From: the human T2T-CHM13v2.0 reference genome, Homo sapiens
Strand: one strand, 5' to 3'
Length of the DNA stretch: 64,000 nucleotides
NCBI RefSeq assembly: GCF_009914755.1
Contig: NC_060947.1
Below are positions 57,213 to 64,000 of the stretch, one piece after another. The position numbers were made by a program, and so were the translations under genes. The notes beneath the pieces are model-generated. The model was not told where the DNA came from. It saw only the letters and a program-made list of their open reading frames with translations, and did not search any database. Position 1 is the first letter of the stretch. Every line of letters begins with the position of its first letter.

Positions 57213-57589
57213 CTTTATTTCTTCTTGATCCAGTCTTAATAAATTGTATGTTTGTACGAATTTATCTGTTTTCCCTAGGTTATCCAGTTTGTTGGCATAA
57301 AATCACTCATAATTGTTTCTTGAGATCCTTTTTTAACTTCTGAGACATATATTGTAATGTCTCATTTTTATTTGAATCTTCTCTCTTACTTAGTTTAGGA
57401 TTAAGGGTTAACCTTTAGTTTCTTAATTAAGGATTTGTTCATTTTGTTTATTTTTTCAAAAAACAAACTCTTAGTTTTGTTGATTTTCTTCAATAGATTT
57501 TCTATTCTCTATTTAATTTATTTCTGCTCTGATCTTTATTATTTTCTTCCTTCTGCCAACTTTGGGATTAGTTTGTTCTTCGTTTTTGT

Positions 57590-57895
57590 GTTGTTTTGTG
57601 TTGTTTTGTTTTCGAGATGAGGTCTCATTCTGTTGCCCAGGCTGGAGTGCAGTGGCATGACCTTGGCTCACTGTAACCTCTACCTCTCTGGCTCAAGTTA
57701 TCCTCCCACCTCAGCCTCCTGAGTAACTGGGACTACAGGTTTGTGTCACTGTGCCCAGCTAAGCTTTGTATTTTTTGTAGAGACGAGGTTTCACCATGTT
57801 GCCCAGGCTAGTCTTGAACTCCTGGACTCAAGTGATCTGACTGCCTTGGCCTCCCAAAGTGCTGGGATTACAAGCGTGAGCCACTGTGCCTGGCC
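57590..57895 (-). mobile_element. AluJ
   Basis: Dimeric Alu ending GAGCCACTGTGCCTGGCC. Confidence 0.88.
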
Positions 57896-59496
57896 TGTTC
57901 TTCTTTTTCTAGTTTCTTGAGATGTAAAGCTTGGTCATTTATTTGAGATCTTTCTTCTTTTATAATGTAGGTGGTTACCACTATAAATTTCCTTGTTAGT
58001 ACTGCTTTTGCTACATCTCATAAGTTTTGGTATGTTGTTTTCTCATTTTCATTCATCTCAAGATAGTTTTACTTTTCCCTTTTGATTTCATCTTTGAACC
58101 AATGGCAGTTCAAGAGTATGTTATTAAGTTTCATATGTTTGTGATTTTTTTTATTTTTTTGCTGTTATTGGTTTCTGGTTTCATACCATTATGATTGGAA
58201 AATATACTTGGTATGAATTCAGTCTTCTTAAATTGAAACTTGTTTCATGAACTATTATATGATCTATCCTGGAGAATACTCAGGTGAATGTGCTTGTGGA
58301 AAAGGTATATTCTTCTATTGTTGGGTGGAAACTTCTGTGTATGTCTGATGGGTTCATTTGTTTAATACTATTGTTCAATCTCCTGCTTCTTTATTGATTT
58401 TCTGTCTTGATGTTCTATCCATTATTAAAAGTGGGGTATCGAAGTATCCTACTATTATTGTATTGCTGTCAATTTTTCCTTTCAGATCTGTCTGTATTTT
58501 CTTTATATTTAGGTACTCTCTTTTGGGATATATAGATATTTATAACTGATATATCTTCCTATTGCATTGATCATTTTGTTATTATGTAATTAACTTATTT
58601 GTCTCTAGAGACAATTTTTGACTTAAAGTCAACTTTGTCTGATATAAGTATAGCCACTCCTGCCTTTTTTGATTATCATTTGCATGTAATATCATTCTTC
58701 ATCCCTTCGCTTTCAGCCTATATATGTCCTTAAATCTAAAATGAGTTTCTTGTAGATAGCATACATTTGAAGCTTGGTGGTATTTTTAAAAATCCATTCA
58801 GCCACTTTGTATTTTTCCCCACTCTGTAACTTTTTTCCTACTCTATATCTTTTTAATGAGGAGCTTAGTCTCTTTAAATTTAAAGTAATTATGATTAAGA
58901 AAAGATTTACTATTGTCATTTGGCTACCTGTTTTCTATTTGTCTTGTGGCTCTTGCTGTTTTTCTGCTTGCTGTCTTCTTTTGTTTTCATTTTTTCTCTT
59001 TTTGTAGTGATAGGTTTGGATTTCTTTCTCTTTTTCTTTTGTGTGCAATTTCTATAGGTAATTCTTTTGTGGTTACCAAAGGACATCCATAAAATATCTT
59101 GTAACAATCTACTTTAAGCTGATAATAACTCAACTTCATTTGCATGCAAGAGCTCTCCATTTTTACTTCTCCTCCCTTCACCCTATATTTTATTGATATC
59201 ACAATTTACATATATTTATGTTATGTAACCATATACATAATTTAGTTGTAGTTGTTTTCAATACTTTTGTCTTTTAACTTTTATAGTAGATTCATATTGA
59301 TTTACCTGCCACTGTTAGAGTAGTACAATAATCTTGCTTTGTCTAGTTACTTTCACCAACGAATTTTATGTTATCTTGGGCTCTCATGTTACTGTTTAGT
59401 GTCCTTGGTTTCAGCTTGAAAAACTCCCTTTAACATTATTTTTAAGGTGTATCTGGCGGTGATAAGCTTTTCTTTGTCTAAGAAAGTATCTACTCT

Positions 59497-59784
59497 TCTT
59501 TTTTTTTTTTTTTTTGAGATGGAGTTTCGCTCTTTTTGCCCAGGCTGGAGTGCGGCTCACAGCACCCTCCGCCTCCCGAGTTCAAGCAATTCTCCTGCCT
59601 CAGCCTCCCGAGTAGATGAGATTACAGTCGCCTACCACCACGCCTGGCTAATTTTTGTTTTTTCAGTAGAGACAGGGTTTCACCATGTTAGCCAGTCTGG
59701 TCTCGAATGCCTTACTTCAGGTGATCCACCCGCCGTGGCCTCCCAAAGTGCTGGGATTACAGGCGTGAGCCACTATGCCTGGCC
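59497..59784 (-). mobile_element. AluS with a short internal deletion
   Basis: Poly-T, GAGATGGAGTTTCGCTCTT; GAGTGC joined directly to GGCTCAC. Confidence 0.88.
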
Positions 59785-62700
59785 TACCCTACATTTTTGA
59801 AAGACAGATTTGCTGAATATAGTATTCTTGTTGACATGGTTTTTTTCCTTTTAGCACTTTGTATATATCTACTCACTGTTTGCTGCCCTGCAAGGTTTTT
59901 GCTGAAATAACTGCTGAAAGTCTTATGGAGGTTTCCTTGTACATAACAGGCTGCTTTTTCTCCTGCTGCCTTCAAAATCATCTCTTTGACTTTAATTTTT
60001 GACAGTTTGATAAAGTGTCTTGATGCGAGTTTCTTTGGATTCATCTTATTTGGTGTCCTTTGAGCTTGCTGGTTATGAATTTCTATTTCATTCCCCAAGT
60101 TTGTGACGTTTTCAGTCATTTCTTACTTGAATAAGCTTTCTGTGTCTCCTCTCTTCCTTGATCTCTAGAAATGAATATATTGGTCCATTACATGGTGCTC
60201 TATAAGTCTCTTAAGCAATCTTCACTCTTTTCTCACTCCTCTTCATTCTTGTATTCTCTTCTGATTAAATGAATTCCAATGGCTTGTTAGAGTTCACTGA
60301 TCCTTTCTTCCACTTGATCTACTTGGCTGCTGAACCTCTCTATTGGATTTTTATAATTCAGTTATTGTATTTGTCAGTCTTATACTTTTTGTTTGGTATT
60401 TTTTTATGTTTTCTATCTGTTTTTTGAAATTCTCACTTTGTTTATGCATTGCTCTCCTGAACTCAATGAGCATCTTTATGATTGTTATTTTGAATTTTCT
60501 AGGAGGTAAATCACTTATCTTTATTTCATTAGAACGTTTCTGGAGATTCATATTTCTTTCGTTTGAAATATACTTCCCTGTTTCTTCATTTTTTCTTGGT
60601 TCTATGTTGGTTTCTGCACATTACATAAGAATATCCCCTCTCCCAGTCTTAACAGAAACCTCATGTAGGAGATGGACCTTGCCAGTCAGCCTGGCTAGAG
60701 ATTCTAAGTGCCCTTCAAACCTTTGTGCTTGTCCAAACTGCTGTCTTTGTTCTTAGTGGACCTCAGGAGATTAGGTTGTGCCAAATCCTGTCAGTTCCCC
60801 AAGACAGGCAAGATAGAAGCCAGTCTCTCAAGATGCAGTAGGAAAAGTTGTAGTATTAGATGTGTGTTCCTTCTCTTTCTATCCTCAGGAAAAAGTTGGG
60901 ATCTGTAGTTTACCTTGCTTTTGCTCTGCAGTAAGCTGGAGAGAGTATCTGTGGGAAATACCTATATACTCATTCAGACCACACGATATCTCAACCTGTT
61001 GCTTTATTCTTTGCAGTAGGCTGGCGAGAGTATCTGTGACAAATACCTATATATTCATTCATACCACACACTATCTCAACCTGTTGCTTTGTTCTTTGAT
61101 GTTCCTTGGGGTTTAGTGAATGTCAACGCCCATCTGCTCTCAGAGACAGGTCAGCTGGCTGTAGGCTTGGCTTTATCTCTGGAGTGGTCCAGCAGAGGAG
61201 TTATGGAAGGTGCCCACACATCCATTTAGGTTCCCAGTGGACTAATTGCCTGCTCTTTCAGCTCCCAGATGCAGGCTAATTAAAGGTCAGACTCACAGGA
61301 AGCAGCTAGGAAAGTCAGGATGTTAGGTTTGTAGTCAAACCCCTTCCAGGGAGGAACCTGGAGCTGTGTGTTCTTACTTGCCTAGTCTGTGCTGAGCCAG
61401 GGGAAATAGCTACTGAAAGTGCTCGTGCCCACATTTAAAATCACCTCTTTGTTTTCTGTGGTCCATGAAGAATCATAAATGCAGAGCCCCCATCAGCTCC
61501 GAGAGCTAGGTGATTTAGGACCCTGTCCCTCAGGTGGGAGCTGTAAAATTTGAGGTGCTCAAAGTATGGACAAACTCCTTCCAGGAAGAAGTTGAAGACC
61601 TGGTTTTATCACTGGAGTGAGCTGGGATGGGGAGAAGGCATGGGAAGTGCCCATGTGCCTATTCAGGCTCTGAGAGGTCTATTGTTTACCTGCCCCATCA
61701 GCTCTCAGATGCAGGCTAGTTAGAAGCCTGATCTTCAGGCACCAGCTTGGAAAATATTTAGACAAACTCCCTTCCAGGGAGAAACAGAGCTAGGCATTTT
61801 TGCCTGCTTGCTCTGCGCTGAGCCTGGGGCACTTTCATTTGATTCCTTTCCTATGTGCTTCCTTTGTTATTTGCCTGTCATTTGTCTGTCCCTGCCACAG
61901 TGCTAGCAAGTACCACTAATCTGTTTTTTATGTCTTCTCAGAAGAGAGAGAAGATATTAAATGTGTTTTTGTATAGCAGGTGACTAAACAGCTTGATATA
62001 TAGAAACATACACAAGAATATTAAGCAAAATACTGATGCAGCTGTTTAAAACAATTAGGTTGAATTCAATATATGTATATACACATATAAAATGTACCTG
62101 AATAGTTAAACACTATAGAATTAGCAATGGATTATGGATATTTTTATTACTATTACAGATGTTATGGATGTTTTCATTACTGTTTTATTATTTTGTATTT
62201 TCTGTAATGATCATGCACTGTATTGATAGTATAAAATCAAGTAATCAAATATTAGGAGAATAATTTTTTAAACCAAGTAGGCTGAACTCTGTTAAATAAT
62301 ATGGAATGATGACATGTTATATAAAATGACTTAATTGCAGAAATATATATATGGAATGAATCTTTTGGACAAAATAATCACAGCTGTAAAATAGCATCAT
62401 TCCTTAACTTAAATACACATTGCTCCCCATCTTTAACTAAGGATAATAGAACTTCCCGTGCACTCAAAAAAGTTTGCGTACAGACATGGTAGCTGTAGGT
62501 TGATGATACAGAATCTAAATTCGTGTCAACTAGGAATGCAGTCTGCAGTTCTTTCCTTTACACACAGTTGTATTGTCTACTGTTTTGGAGGAAAATTGTG
62601 AGAGAGAGGTTTAATGTTTAAAATGTTTCTCGTTGAACAGTATGGAGCATGATTTCTGGCCTCTGACCTGATTCCAAGTCCATGAAGCAATGATGACTGG

Positions 62701-63339
62701 TAGAGAGAGTACACTCACCAGCTGGGAAAGCAGACAAACCTGGATTCTGATTTTGACTTCACAACTTCCCAGTCATGTGGCTCATTTCCTCATACCCTTG
62801 CAAACACTCTGTTGTATCATTTGTCTTTTACTCTGCAACTCTGAATAGGTGGAAAAAGTGAAATATCATTGTTGTTTATATTTGCCCTTTGTTATTACTG
62901 AAGAGGAATACCATTGTATGTATCTATCAGCCATTTTATTACTGTGAGTGTGTTGAGAATATGAGTGGGCTCAATAAATACCATCTCATCCCCACTATGG
63001 TCAGGAACAAATTTAGATATACCACAATGTAAAATATTAGAGGCCACAAAATTTAGTCTAATATGCCAATAGACCATGGCACATTTATGGATTTATGGAT
63101 CATCTGAGGTAAACTTTGATTTCTGTGTTTCCATCTCCCATCTTTCCTATGTCTCCATGTTGCCTCTTGCTATAAACTAAAGCTGGTACCAAACTCTTTT
63201 ATTGGTGATAGCTGTATGATATAGTTTAATATATTGTGGTGCTGGTTTTCTCATTTTAAATGCATTATTGCCTGGTCCATTTTCCCATGTTTACATTTCC
63301 AGATGAGCTACAGTGTTGTATGTGTTTGTTCGTTTTTTA

Positions 63340-63480
63340 ACCTATGAGGAAGGCTCTACTACTACCTTTATTTGACATTTGAGGAAACTTATGACACAGA
63401 AGGCTTAGAAATATGCTTAGACACATACAATAAGTAAGTGGCAAGACTTGGACTCAAAACCACAAGTCTTTCTGAATTTC
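63340..63480. mobile_element. MIR fragment
   Basis: GAGGAAACT...ACACAGAAGGCTTAG...AGTAAGTGGCAAGACTTGGACTCAAAACC core. Confidence 0.6.
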
Positions 63481-64000
63481 TATCTGAACAGAAAGCTCAA
63501 ATAAGAAAATGCTCCAAATTATTTCTCCATGACAAACTATGAGAGATTTAGACTTATTTTTTGAGCTATGACTCTCACCACACCCCACTAGGAAAAGGAT
63601 GGAAGGCTTTGTTCAGTGTTATAGCAAGAATGATTCTACTTCATCCTGGCCCTTTTTCCATTAATCTCTTGAGATTTGTGGTTGCTTTATCTTGCTTTAT
63701 AGTCATCCAATTGGACCACAGAAAGTGACTTACTCTGCTCATTAATCCCTGGATAAGCTGTTTCATACTGCATCTCTGTTCTCTGACTTTATTATTATGG
63801 GCGTGTAATGTGGTGATGTGTTTGGGAGGTCCTCTTTACCCTTTTAAAAAATCTATTGTTTAGTCTTATCTTTGTATCATCCTAAAAGGTCTAATTCCTA
63901 GCATCCTTTTGGAAGGTGTATCAATTTAGCACTGCGTTTCGTATCAGTTACATGTTGCCATAACAATGGTGCATTAAAAAGACCTCAGTAGCCATTTAGA

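Larger units (their letters stand above)
52120..61830 (-). mobile_element. Near-full-length old L1MA-type element with multiple insertions
   Basis: 3' end near 52120, ORF2 fragments at 54239-58919, ORF1 fragments at 59784-60551, repeat-containing GC-richer 5' UTR at 60650-61830. Confidence 0.75.

Noticed and set aside
61830-64000. Possible gene in the terminal, relatively unique region
   Set aside because: Only MIR and old L1 traces are visible; no convincing exon or ORF.

Overview
Human-type (primate) genomic DNA, mostly transposable-element derived, with no intact cellular protein-coding gene visible. Main content in order: (1) the 5' part of a minus-strand, glutamate-rich pseudogene at 1-471 (ATG at 471, nonsense at codon 7, frameshift in a T7 run) whose N-terminus resembles CT47 cancer/testis proteins, with a GC-rich, YY1-motif upstream region; (2) a full-length L1HS Ta-0 at 1227-7280 with a 14-bp TSD, ORF1 carrying R130P, ORF2 broken by a 4-bp duplication, and an intact antisense ORF0 facing the pseudogene; (3) a nested ERV stack at about 7.5-18 kb, where an ERV-L-type element (gag, integrase, dUTPase remnants) contains several solo LTRs and a second class III-like (YIDD) provirus that retains a gamma-type env remnant; (4) a full-length L1PA7/8-like element on the minus strand with an LTR12 inserted; (5) old L1M fragments, DNA transposons, MaLR LTRs and Alus; (6) a two-LTR non-coding MER4-group provirus at 34.4-41.3 kb; (7) a unique island at 42.8-44.1 kb with an RFX/CRE/ETS motif cluster and a candidate exon; (8) a near-full-length old L1MA containing a near-perfect palindromic 34-bp AT-rich minisatellite. 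Repeat subfamily names come from recalled consensus sequences, not from a database search.
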